NCBI GenBank assembly: GCA_017410455.1
Contig: JAFQQT010000027.1
Span: 15,028 to 79,027 of the forward strand
Direction of reading: 5' to 3'
DNA: 64,000 nt
DNA from: Clostridia bacterium
GTDB taxonomy: Bacteria > Bacillota > Clostridia > Christensenellales > Aristaeellaceae
Position 1 is the stretch's first letter; each line of letters opens with the position of its first letter. The position numbers and the translations under genes are program-made. The notes under the pieces were generated by a model that saw only the letters and a program-made list of their open reading frames with translations, was not told where the DNA came from and made no database searches. Shown piece by piece: positions 45,271 through 55,342 of this stretch.

Positions 45271-46401
45271 TCACTCGATGAACATGGCGTCGCCGAAGGA
45301 GAAGAAGCGGTAGCGCTCCTCCACCGCCTCGCGGTAGACGTCCAGGGCCGTTTCCCGGCCCATGAAGGCGCTCACCAGCATCAGGAGCGTGCTCTGCGGC
45401 AGGTGGAAGTTGGTAATCAGCGCATCCACGGCCTTGATCTTCTTGCCGGGGTAGATGAAGATGGCCGTGTCCCCCGCGCCGGGGTGGATGACGCCGTCCT
45501 CGGTGGCGACGGTCTCCAGCGTCCGCACAGAGGTGGTGCCCACGCAGATGATGCGCCCGCCCGCCGCGCGGATGGCGTTGAGCGTGTCCGCCGCCTCCTG
45601 GCTGACGTGGTAGTACTCCGAGTGCATCACATGGGTGTCCACATCCTCCACGGTGACGGGGCGGAAGGTGCCCAGCCCCACATGCAGGGTCACGGGCACG
45701 ATGGTCACGCCCTTCTGCTTCACCTTCTCCAGCAGCTCCGGGGTGAAGTGCAGACCGGCGGTGGGCGCAGCGGCAGAGCCCTCGTTCTTCGCATAGACGG
45801 TCTGGTAGCGGCTGCGGTCCTCCAGCTTCTCGTGGATGTAGGGCGGCAGGGGCATCTCGCCCAGCCTGTCCAGGATCTCCTCGAAAACGCATCCGGCCAT
45901 CCCCGGGACAAGCCCGGTGCTGGCTTCACCCGGCGATTGCGAGCAATCGCTCGGGCTCGTCGGGCTTTGCCCGACCTGATCCCACATGAAGCGCACGATG
46001 CGCCCGCCGATCTCCGGCACGGAGGACAGCACCTCGCACCGGAGCAGGCCATCGCCGAAGACGCACACCGCGCCGGGCTTGAGCCTGCGGCCCGGCTTGA
46101 CCAGCGCCTCCCAGTCCGTGGCGTTGATGCGCCTGAGCAGCAGCACCTCCACCGGGACGCTGTGGCCCTGGCTGTCGACGCCCTCCTTCACGCCCAGCAG
46201 ACGCGCCGGGATCACCTTCGTCTCGTTGATGACCAGCGCATCACCGGCGTTCAGGTAGTCGAGGATATCGTGGAAATGGCGATGCTCCCGGCTGCCGTCG
46301 CTCCGGTGGACGACCAGCATGCGGGAGTGGTCACGGGGCTCCACGGGGGTCTGGGCAATCAGCTCCTCGGGGAGGTTGTAGTCAAAATCAGCGGTTCTCA
46401 T
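45271..46401 (-). CDS. queA: S-adenosylmethionine:tRNA ribosyltransferase-isomerase
   Basis: [19 protein letters not shown] and [10 protein letters not shown] motifs. Confidence 0.95.
   Translation of the reverse strand: MRTADFDYNLPEELIAQTPVEPRDHSRMLVVHRSDGSREHRHFHDILDYLNAGDALVINETKVIPARLLGVKEGVDSQGHSVPVEVLLLRRINATDWEALVKPGRRLKPGAVCVFGDGLLRCEVLSSVPEIGGRIVRFMWDQVGQSPTSPSDCSQSPGEASTGLVPGMAGCVFEEILDRLGEMPLPPYIHEKLEDRSRYQTVYAKNEGSAAAPTAGLHFTPELLEKVKQKGVTIVPVTLHVGLGTFRPVTVEDVDTHVMHSEYYHVSQEAADTLNAIRAAGGRIICVGTTSVRTLETVATEDGVIHPGAGDTAIFIYPGKKIKAVDALITNFHLPQSTLLMLVSAFMGRETALDVYREAVEERYRFFSFGDAMFIE
45900..45981 (-). repeat. in-frame three-hairpin intragenic element, copy 2 (inside queA, sense)
   Basis: Sense H1 GTCGGGC-AAA-GCCCGAC (45975-45959). 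Sense H2 GCGATTGC-TC-GCAATCGC (45950-45933). Sense H3 CCGGG-CTTGT-CCCGG (45917-45903). Encodes [28 protein letters not shown]. Confidence 0.8.
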
Positions 46402-46410
46402 GGGGATTCC

Positions 46411-46956
46411 TCACAGTCTTTTTATCATCAGGTATTCGTCCATCACGCGGCCGTCGGGGAAGCGCACCGCGCCGGGGTGCACCATGGCGATGCGGCAGCC
46501 CTCACGCTCGTAGAGGCGGATAGCGCGGGTGTTGTGCGCCATGACCTCCAATTCCATCTGAAGGCAGCCCATTTCCCGGGCGACCCGCTCGGCGGTGTGC
46601 AGCATGGCCGTGGCCAGGCGCTGTCCCCAGTATGCCCGCAGGACGCACAGCCCCAGGCGGAAACGGTGGCACACCTTGCGCCGGGGCTTGATGAAGCCGT
46701 GCAGGCGGCCCACCACCTCGCCATCCGCCACGCAGACGAGCAGCAGCGCATACGGGTCGTCCCGCACATCCTCCAATGCGGCGGCATGGCGGGGCGCATC
46801 CCCGGATACCTCCTCCGGGCTGAGCAGCAGGAACTCCGTTTCGGCGGCGGCCTGCTGCATGCAGCGCAGGTCAGCGGCGGCGTCCTCCGGCTCCGCACTG
46901 CGCAGGATGACCCTCCGGCCATCCTGCAGGCGCAGCTTCATCGGGCTGATCTGCAT
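46411..46956 (-). CDS. GNAT-family N-acetyltransferase
   Basis: Start chosen at MQISPMKLRLQDG by collinearity with the upstream paralogue. Start uncertain by up to 12 nt. Confidence 0.7.
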   Translation of the reverse strand: MQISPMKLRLQDGRRVILRSAEPEDAAADLRCMQQAAAETEFLLLSPEEVSGDAPRHAAALEDVRDDPYALLLVCVADGEVVGRLHGFIKPRRKVCHRFRLGLCVLRAYWGQRLATAMLHTAERVAREMGCLQMELEVMAHNTRAIRLYEREGCRIAMVHPGAVRFPDGRVMDEYLMIKRL

Positions 46957-46964
46957 GCCCCACC

Positions 46965-47516
46965 TCACACCGGACGCTGCATCAGGTACAGCGCCAGCAT
47001 CGTGCCATCCTCCTGCCGGATGGCGTCGGGGTGCATGCCCGTGATGCGGAAGCCCATCTTCTCGTACAGGCCCCGGGCGCGGGCGTTGCCCTCGATGAAT
47101 TCCAGCTCCATCACCATCACATCCTCGCGTGCTTCGGCCAGGCGGATCATCTCGGCAAACATGGCCGTGCCGATGCCCAGGCCCCAGTAGGCCTTTCGCA
47201 GCGCGATGGCGACCTCGCAGCGGTGGCGCACCTTCTTCTTGCCCATGAAGCTCAGGTGGCAGTTGCCGGCGATGCAGCCATCCACCTCGCAGAGGATCAT
47301 GCAGTCGCTTTCGCTGTCAACCACGGCCTCCAGGAAGCGCTCCTCCCCCTCCACGGTCATGGTGATCTCATCGGGCGTGCGCAGCACAAAGGGCGTGTCC
47401 GCGGCGGTGTCGTGGAGGTACTGCACCAGGTCGGCCGCGTCCTGCACAGGGTCAGGGCTGCGCAGGATGGCCGTGGAGCCGTCCTTCAGGGGGATGGACT
47501 TGGGCGCAAAGTACAT
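46965..47516 (-). CDS. GNAT-family N-acetyltransferase (tandem paralogue)
   Basis: AIALRKAYWGLGIGTAM acetyl-CoA loop. Confidence 0.8.
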   Translation of the reverse strand: MYFAPKSIPLKDGSTAILRSPDPVQDAADLVQYLHDTAADTPFVLRTPDEITMTVEGEERFLEAVVDSESDCMILCEVDGCIAGNCHLSFMGKKKVRHRCEVAIALRKAYWGLGIGTAMFAEMIRLAEAREDVMVMELEFIEGNARARGLYEKMGFRITGMHPDAIRQEDGTMLALYLMQRPV

Positions 47517-47598
47517 GCAGGCGTCCTCCTTTGGGGTATATTGCGGGATTTCAGGGTATGTTTCAGGATTGCATGTTCAGGGTATGTTTCGGGCGGAA

Positions 47599-48831
47599 TC
47601 AGTGCTCCACCAGCGGCATCAGCTGCGTCAGATCCTCCCGGAACTGCTTCCAGGCCGGCGTGTTGCGCCAGTAGCGGGTCAGCTCCGTGCCATCGCGGAA
47701 GGGCTGGCGGTAGGTCGCCTTGGAGCGGATGAACAGCAGCGCCACATCCGCCCCGCCCAGGTCACGGCTGATGGACACGGGCTCGCCGAAGCGGAAGCCG
47801 TCCGCCGTGGACTCGATGCTGCTGCTGGTCACCTGGCTCAGGCGGGTGAACCAGCGGCCATACTCGCTCTTCAGCTCAATGCCGCTGCGGCTGATGACCT
47901 CGCAGGTCACCACGACCTCGTCGCCCCACACGTCCACATAGCATTCGCCGATGAACCGCGCGTTGCTGATGACGAGGAAGTAAGTCTGCCGGCCCTGGCG
48001 CGTGAGGTCCACCGGAATCACGTTGTACCACTTGTCAGGCAGGCGGGAGTCCGCCTCCTGCAGGCTCAGGCCGGCCAGGGTGATGGTGTTGTTGGGGTAC
48101 CACACCACCTCGGGCGTGGGCGAGGGCTCCGCGATGATCAGCAGCGGGCTGACGCGGGTGGGGTCGAGATCCAGCCGGACGGGGATGTTCCCCGCGGGCG
48201 CCTCGATGAACCAGCCCTCCCCCGGCTCCCAGGTCAGGGCGTAGGAGCCATCGGAGTAGGTCGCCCAGCAGACATTGCCCGCCAGGTCGAACCACACGCG
48301 CATGCCCTGCGCCTCGTAGGAGTACACGGTGGCGTTGCCCGAGGCGTCAAAGCGCGTCCACACGCCGCTCTTTTCGTCGCGGAACTCGGTGAACACGCCG
48401 TCCGCCCCGTAGACGAACTCATTGTAGCTGCCATCGAAGCGGGTGAGCTGCATCAGGCCGCCGCCCATGTTGAAGCGGGCGGTTGCGTTGACGCCGCCCT
48501 CCACCCAGGCCAGCTCGATCCGCAGCCACTGCCCGCCGGAGGGCAGGCTCTCCGCGGTGAATTCGCGGCCCACCTGGGCATAGCGCACGGAGACCTCGCG
48601 CCCCTCGCCATCCAGGGCGACGAAGGACAGCAGCATCTCCCGGGGCAGATCGCGGTCAAAGGTGACGGCCACCTCCGCGCCGGAATGCACCGCCCGCACG
48701 ACCTGCGGAGCCTGCGGCGCAGCGGGAATGGCGGGGATTTCCCCCGTGGACAGGGGGACGACGGTGGCGGCATGCGCGGGGAGGGCGAGGAACAGGGTCA
48801 GCAGGAGCAGAATGAGGGGGATACGCTTCAT
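47599..48831 (-). CDS. secreted hypothetical protein
   Basis: Signal peptide MKRIPLILLLLTLFLALPAHA. AAGGAGG RBS. No recognised domain. Confidence 0.6.
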   Translation of the reverse strand: MKRIPLILLLLTLFLALPAHAATVVPLSTGEIPAIPAAPQAPQVVRAVHSGAEVAVTFDRDLPREMLLSFVALDGEGREVSVRYAQVGREFTAESLPSGGQWLRIELAWVEGGVNATARFNMGGGLMQLTRFDGSYNEFVYGADGVFTEFRDEKSGVWTRFDASGNATVYSYEAQGMRVWFDLAGNVCWATYSDGSYALTWEPGEGWFIEAPAGNIPVRLDLDPTRVSPLLIIAEPSPTPEVVWYPNNTITLAGLSLQEADSRLPDKWYNVIPVDLTRQGRQTYFLVISNARFIGECYVDVWGDEVVVTCEVISRSGIELKSEYGRWFTRLSQVTSSSIESTADGFRFGEPVSISRDLGGADVALLFIRSKATYRQPFRDGTELTRYWRNTPAWKQFREDLTQLMPLVEH

Positions 48832-48948
48832 GAGGGGCGCCTCCTTTCAGGTCGGTCAGGTTGGGTTGCATTTCCTCTGCACCATACCTAACGGATCATG
48901 CGGGGGGATTGCTGCAGGGGGGAGGCGGATTCACCGCGCAGGCGCAGG

Positions 48949-51489
48949 TTATGCCTTGTTTACCTTGCAGAGTTTGCGGTAGCTGATGTATATGTTGATC
49001 AGGATGACGACAATAGGGAGGACATAGGCGACGATGGGGTAGGCAGCGTACTCCGCTTGCATTTTCGCGTTCGTTTTCGTTGGGTCTGTCGTAATTACCT
49101 GCACAATACCGACCTGACAATTAAAGACCACATGCCATATATGCGGGGCGATGGCGTACATGTTCCGGAAAAAGAAGATACACACAAGGCTGCCTATCAT
49201 CGCAAGACTGACCAAAGCATAGAGCCTATCATCCTCGATGAGTGACCTACCGAAGAGCACTGCTGCCAGCGCAAGCAGCGTTACGCCTTCGCTATACAGC
49301 TTCGATCGCAGAGAACCCTGAGGAAACAACTGGCTACATAAGAATGCGACAGTTCCAATAAACACCGGATATTTCAGCGAGCTCACCGGGTCTGAATACG
49401 CGAAAACAATGCCGTACAGTGCTGCTGCGGTAAGCAACGGACAGAGCCACATATCGCGTTTTGCGTTGGTTTTCCACCGTGCTATAACCTCCTGCTGCAG
49501 GATCTGCAGCTCATGGCATCGTTGTGCACTGACTTCCGTCAGCATCTTCTTCCACCAGTCTTCGCCGAACCAATCCGCTGGCACCTTCGCCAGGTCAGAG
49601 ATATGGGCTTCTGCCATGTGCTTGAGGAGTTCGCGCTCAGGGTGGGATTCAAGCTCATTACACGCTTGAAGTGCGTCTTTCCACTTTCTCCTTGCAAGCA
49701 AGGCGTTGATGTCGTCGCGTTGTCTCTGCAGGACGCGCTCTTTTTCCAGCTGTGCCCGACGGGCTGCTTCTGCAGCCTGCTTCTGACGGATTCTCTCAGC
49801 TTCAGCTGCCCGTTCCTCCGCCTTCTTCCGGCGCAGTTCCTGCGAAGCCTTCAGCCACCTGTCCATCTCCTCCTGCCGCGACAGGTTCGCATACCAGTAA
49901 GCATTCTGCCAGTGTTTACTGTTCTCAAATGGGACTTCAAGCTGCATCAGTTCTTCCAGAGAACGCAGTTCAAACTCAGCAAGGAGGCGCAGCAGATGAC
50001 CCTGGAACTCCCGCGAGAATTCGCGAATCATCTCATCCGCCCTGCTTTTCGCTTCAACCCAATTCATTTCACGGAGCGCAGCTTCCGTTTCACGCTTCAT
50101 GCTTTGCAGCTTTTGCTCGCGCATCTCCCGTTCCTGACGCTCCCGCTCAAGGCGTTCGGCCTCACGCCTGCGCTGCTCTTCCGCTTCCCGGCGCTTGCGT
50201 TCTTCTTCCCGCCTGCGACGCTCCGCTTCCTGACGGCGACGCTCCTCTTCCTGCCTGCGACGCTCTTCCGCTTCCCGCCGCTTGCGTTCCTCCTCCTGCC
50301 TGCGTGCCTCCAGCGAAGCATCGAGGATTCCCTGCCATCCAGCCCGCTCAACCTCGCTGGCGTTCTCCATGGCACGCTTCCACTCTCTCGTGCTCTCAAA
50401 GGGTTCCATGCATCCGCGCAGCTCGTCCGGCGTTCGCAGGTGCTTCATCGCCAGCAGCTTGTACAGGTGCGCCGCAGCGCAGGAGGGGTACACGTCGATC
50501 AGGCCGTCCGCCAGATTACGGGCAGCATCCCAGTTGGCGTCATCCAGCCGGTACAGCACGCCCTTGAGCCGCTCCTGCACATCCGGGTTGACCTTCGGCT
50601 GGTCAGCTTTCGTTTCCCTGATTTCCCGCTCCAGCACCTTCAGGAGCGGGCTGAACCAGTCGTCTCCCTTACGCACGCGAGCACTCTGCTTCCCGCTCAG
50701 TTCGCCGGGCATGGCGTAAGGATTTTCCAGGCACTGGTCATACAGCACGGGGATCAGCAGCGCGTCCCTGCGCTGGGCAAAGCGCGACCATTCGCTATGC
50801 ACCCAGGGGGTGGTCAGGTTCTCCGGATCGCCGCAGACCACCAGCATCACCCGGGCGGAATAGATGGCATGGAAGATCTGCGCCTCGTAACTCGCACCCA
50901 GCTTGTCGTTCAGCGTGACGTCGGCAAAGAACACCCGATAGTTCTTTTGCAGCAGCAGGGTGTACAGCTTCTGCGCGTAGGTATATTCGGCGGCGTATGT
51001 TCCCTTTTCCTTGCCGCTCTGCTTGTAGCACAGGAAGATGTCCCAGGGCTCCGTCCGGATCTTCCGGACCTCCTCCTGGATCTCGTGCAGGTACTGCCCC
51101 TGCGCCTCGTAGTGCTTCCGGGTGTCCTCGTCCGCCAGTTCACGGGCGCGCTGGTAGTCCGGGTCTTCCAGCACATCCTCCTCACGGTAGAAGTGGATGG
51201 TCAGCTTGCCCTTCACCACCTCCACGCCGTATTTGCACAGCACCAGACCCCACAGGGCCGTGTGCTCCTCCGGGTTCCGGTGCAGGATCTCCCGGTAGTC
51301 CGCCGCCGCGTTGACAAAGTCACATTTGACGCGCCGGGCATTGGCCAGTTCCAGCAGTTCAAGGGTCTCCCCCTCCACCTTCGGCCTGCCATGGATACGG
51401 CCGCAGCCAATGCAGGGGAACGTCGTCCGCTCCAGCGGGTAGTCGAACCGGTAGCCACATTTATCGCATCTGTATGCCTGAGTTCGCAT
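48949..51489 (-). CDS. Zn-ribbon / TIR-domain / long Glu-Arg coiled-coil / multi-pass membrane protein
   Basis: CDKCG..CIGCG zinc ribbon. TIR block WDIFLCYKQ...VMLVVCG...TPWVHSEWSRF. ERKRREAEERRRQEEERRRQ coiled-coil. About 5 C-terminal TM helices. GAAGGAGG RBS 36 nt after the argH stop. Confidence 0.8.
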   Translation of the reverse strand: MRTQAYRCDKCGYRFDYPLERTTFPCIGCGRIHGRPKVEGETLELLELANARRVKCDFVNAAADYREILHRNPEEHTALWGLVLCKYGVEVVKGKLTIHFYREEDVLEDPDYQRARELADEDTRKHYEAQGQYLHEIQEEVRKIRTEPWDIFLCYKQSGKEKGTYAAEYTYAQKLYTLLLQKNYRVFFADVTLNDKLGASYEAQIFHAIYSARVMLVVCGDPENLTTPWVHSEWSRFAQRRDALLIPVLYDQCLENPYAMPGELSGKQSARVRKGDDWFSPLLKVLEREIRETKADQPKVNPDVQERLKGVLYRLDDANWDAARNLADGLIDVYPSCAAAHLYKLLAMKHLRTPDELRGCMEPFESTREWKRAMENASEVERAGWQGILDASLEARRQEEERKRREAEERRRQEEERRRQEAERRRREEERKRREAEEQRRREAERLERERQEREMREQKLQSMKRETEAALREMNWVEAKSRADEMIREFSREFQGHLLRLLAEFELRSLEELMQLEVPFENSKHWQNAYWYANLSRQEEMDRWLKASQELRRKKAEERAAEAERIRQKQAAEAARRAQLEKERVLQRQRDDINALLARRKWKDALQACNELESHPERELLKHMAEAHISDLAKVPADWFGEDWWKKMLTEVSAQRCHELQILQQEVIARWKTNAKRDMWLCPLLTAAALYGIVFAYSDPVSSLKYPVFIGTVAFLCSQLFPQGSLRSKLYSEGVTLLALAAVLFGRSLIEDDRLYALVSLAMIGSLVCIFFFRNMYAIAPHIWHVVFNCQVGIVQVITTDPTKTNAKMQAEYAAYPIVAYVLPIVVILINIYISYRKLCKVNKA

Positions 51490-51524
51490 GGACTTCCTCC
51501 TTCACGTTTGTACAGGGGGTGCAG

Positions 51525-52898
<1,374 letters not shown>

Positions 52899-52943
52899 AA
52901 GTGTTGCCTCCTTAAAATATGTGAGCATTCTTATCCACGATAT

Positions 52944-52972
52944 AGTATAACAGATGCAGGGGCTTTGTTCAA
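52944..52972 (-). promoter_or_regulatory. argH promoter (inside the repeat)
   Basis: Minus-sense TTGAAC, 17-nt spacer, TATACT. Confidence 0.55.
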
Positions 52973-53001
52973 TCTCTCAAAACAATTTGCGCAATAAAAT
53001 A

Positions 53002-53047
53002 CGATTGAGTGTTGAGCACACAGAGCAACACCCAATCGTTTTCCATA
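53002..53047 (-). terminator. rho-independent terminator of the 233-aa cassette ORF
   Basis: Minus-sense CGATTGGGTGTTGC..GCTCAACACTCAATCG followed by TATTTTATT. Confidence 0.7.
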
Positions 53048-53054
53048 TGGACAT

Positions 53055-53756
53055 TTACTGCAACTGCTTGTAGAGTTCTTCAAGTGTCGCAGTCTCTACT
53101 GGGGCGGGCTTGTTCGCTTGTGCTGCACGCTCTCGCTCCAAAACTTTTGCAATATGTCTGAGATGCGCGGCCGCCTCATCATTATCACAGGGGCTCAAAC
53201 GTGTACCAACATATGTCGACTGCCCTACGTATGATCGGCTGAACTCCTCTCGCCTCATACCGAATCGCCCCTTCGTTACCGTGCGTTTCCACAGTACAGT
53301 CAACAAGTATGGCATGATGCACGTCTCATATCTATCATAGTCGTGCATGCTATTTGGAATTGTGAATAGATAGTCCCCTTTCGTCAGTCTGCAGAAATCA
53401 AACTGCTGATGGGTCGCCACATTCTCGATTATCAGCCGTGGAAACCGCCAGCCGTTACTGTTTTTCACTGCTTTGGCCACATCAAGCACTTTACACAAGC
53501 AAGTAATTGGCTCACGGAACATGCCAACGTTGCCGTCCGCATAGTACCCCTTATCCCAGAATACCGCGCGGAATTCACCTATTCCCCATCCGTCACCGGC
53601 TCTATAGGCTTCTGATTCATGCATCACATCATGTTCACCATCAGCACGTAAAACCCAGTATTGGCCCACGCAGAAGCGTTCCAATGTACGGTTAGCCTCC
53701 ACCATCAAATTGTCCAGATCCACATCCCATGTGTTGATTCTTCTTCTCATGCTCAT
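53055..53756 (-). CDS. hypothetical protein (233 aa) on a low-G+C cassette
   Basis: GGGGAGG RBS. Composition is clearly more AT-rich than the flanks. No domain recognised. Confidence 0.6.
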   Translation of the reverse strand: MSMRRRINTWDVDLDNLMVEANRTLERFCVGQYWVLRADGEHDVMHESEAYRAGDGWGIGEFRAVFWDKGYYADGNVGMFREPITCLCKVLDVAKAVKNSNGWRFPRLIIENVATHQQFDFCRLTKGDYLFTIPNSMHDYDRYETCIMPYLLTVLWKRTVTKGRFGMRREEFSRSYVGQSTYVGTRLSPCDNDEAAAHLRHIAKVLERERAAQANKPAPVETATLEELYKQLQ

Positions 53757-53789
53757 AATGCAGCCTCCCCATATTGATGAAGTGGTTTA

Positions 53790-53921
53790 TCATGACAGAT
53801 CGATTCCCCGAACGACGAACATGTCCTCCTCGGCCATGCGCTGGTCGAAGGAAATGGAAGAATGGAAATCGTCCATCAGGTGATCGGTGGATTTGGCAAA
53901 ACGGCCGCCCCAGAGTTTCAT
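53790..53921 (-). pseudogene. argH 5' remnant (34 argH codons fused to 9 foreign codons)
   Basis: MKLWGGRFAKSTDHLMDDFHSSISFDQRMAEEDMFVVRGIDLS. It carries its own copy of the promoter and RBS. Confidence 0.85.
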
Positions 53922-53997
53922 AAGTGTTGCCTCCTTAAAATATGTGAGCATTCTTATCCATGATATAGTATAACAGATGCAGGGGCTTTGTTCAATC
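53821..53997 (-). repeat. 177-bp direct repeat, distal copy
   Basis: See 52798-52974. Confidence 0.95.
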
Positions 53998-54023
53998 GGG
54001 TGTGCAAAAAAGATGCAGGGCTC

Positions 54024-54052
54024 TTGCGCTTTCCTGCGCGCGGCGATATAAT
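54024..54052 (+). promoter_or_regulatory. candidate promoter of the phd/doc pair
   Basis: TTGCGC, 17-nt spacer, TATAAT. Confidence 0.5.
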
Positions 54053-54072
54053 CAATGCAGGAGGTGATCCCC

Positions 54073-54246
54073 ATGACCCTGGTTGAACGCATTGCCCGGG
54101 AGGTCAGCGCCCTGCCCGCCCCCGCGCAGCAGCAGGTGCTCGATTTCGCGCAGTTGCTCAGGCAGCAGGAGCAGCAGCGTCTGGAGGAGGACATGGAAGC
54201 CATCATCATGGAAAACCTGCCCGCCTGGAAGGAGCTGGCCAAATGA
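54073..54246 (+). CDS. Phd-position antitoxin (DUF2281-like)
   Basis: Trimmed to MTLVERIAREVSALP (AGGAGG RBS). Small and acidic. Overlaps the doc start. Confidence 0.6.
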   Translation: MTLVERIAREVSALPAPAQQQVLDFAQLLRQQEQQRLEEDMEAIIMENLPAWKELAK

Positions 54247-54632
54247 TGTACTGGCTTCCCGATCCGGACACGGTGCTGCGGCTGCACAGCATGATGATCC
54301 TTCATTCCGGCGGATCCGATGGCGCGCGGGACATCGGGCTCGTTCACAGCGCCATCGCCCGGGCCAGCGCCGCCTTCGGGGGCGTGGAAGCCTATCCGGC
54401 TCTGGTCGAAAAGGCAGCCGCCATGGGCTGCGGCCTGGCGCAGAATCACGGCTTCATCGACGGCAACAAGCGCATCGGCATGGCCGTGATGCTGCTGATC
54501 CTGCGGCGCAACAGCGTCGCCCTGCATTACTCGCAGGAGGAGCTGGTTGCCCTGGGCCTCGCCGTCGCCCGCGGAGACGCCGATGTTCAGGACGTACTGA
54601 ACTGGATCAAGTCACATATCGCAACAGAATAA
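54243..54632 (+). CDS. doc: Doc (death-on-curing) Fic-fold toxin
   Basis: HGFIDGNKRIG Fic/Doc motif. Confidence 0.85.
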   Translation: MMYWLPDPDTVLRLHSMMILHSGGSDGARDIGLVHSAIARASAAFGGVEAYPALVEKAAAMGCGLAQNHGFIDGNKRIGMAVMLLILRRNSVALHYSQEELVALGLAVARGDADVQDVLNWIKSHIATE

Positions 54633-54659
54633 CGCGGCCTGCACCACGCAGACCGCGTT

Positions 54660-54890
54660 TTACTTATCCGTTTCATCCTCCACCAGGCGGAACAGTTCGC
54701 TCAGGGGCATGTCCAGTGCGTCGGCAATCTTCCAGAGCGTTTCGGCATTTGCGCTGTGCTGCCCCGTTTCAATCTTCGCAAGATGCGTCCGGTCCATCCC
54801 CGCAAGGCCGCTGAGCACATCCTGTGATTTCCGCTTCTGCTTGAGGACTCTGCGGATGACCTCTCCCATCCGATGATGATCGTACTGCAT
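54660..54890 (-). CDS. XRE-family HTH regulator
   Basis: SQDVLSGLAGMDRTHLAKIETGQ HTH. GGAGG RBS. Confidence 0.85.
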   Translation of the reverse strand: MQYDHHRMGEVIRRVLKQKRKSQDVLSGLAGMDRTHLAKIETGQHSANAETLWKIADALDMPLSELFRLVEDETDK

Positions 54891-55036
54891 GAAGACACCT
54901 CCGTGCAGCTAAGATATCCTCTGCACCAATAAAAAACTTGGCAAGCATTACACACTTTGCAAATATTGTGTATACTATTGCACATCGCGGAGGATCGATA
55001 TGAAAATTTCTATTGCACACCAGGGAGGCAAAAGAC

Positions 55037-55342
55037 ATGAAATGCCCGCAGTGCCTGCAGGATACACTGAGCCCCACCTATGATGGACTGACGGTTTCCT
55101 TCGCCCTCGGCCAGCCCATCCCCCGTCAAAGCAGCCTCCGCCTGACGACGCTGATCTGCACCCGCTGCGCCGCCTGCTGGTACACCCTTCCCCATGAAAC
55201 CGCAGCCTCCGCCTATATCCGGATATGCAACGAGGAGCCACACCCATCAGTGCAGCCCCTCGTTTGGCTATGTTACTCGTTCTCCTCGTCAAACGCGCTG
55301 AGCATGGGCTTGACGTCCTTGCCCTTCTGGCGGTCGAGGTAA
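55037..55342 (+). CDS. possible small Zn-ribbon protein (weak call)
   Basis: GGGAGG RBS. MKCPQC...CTRCAAC. The 3' end overlaps the convergent symporter gene by ~70 nt. Confidence 0.3.
   Translation: MKCPQCLQDTLSPTYDGLTVSFALGQPIPRQSSLRLTTLICTRCAACWYTLPHETAASAYIRICNEEPHPSVQPLVWLCYSFSSSNALSMGLTSLPFWRSR

Noticed and set aside
46411-47516. Tandem GNAT genes downstream of queA as a toxin-antitoxin (GNAT/RHH-type) module
   Set aside because: Both are full-length GNAT paralogues of equal size and collinear sequence. No small antitoxin-like partner is present.
53790-54527. 245-aa minus-strand ORF covering the phd/doc region
   Set aside because: Its upstream part is antisense to the well-supported doc and phd genes. 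Only the last 43 codons (the argH remnant) are meaningful.
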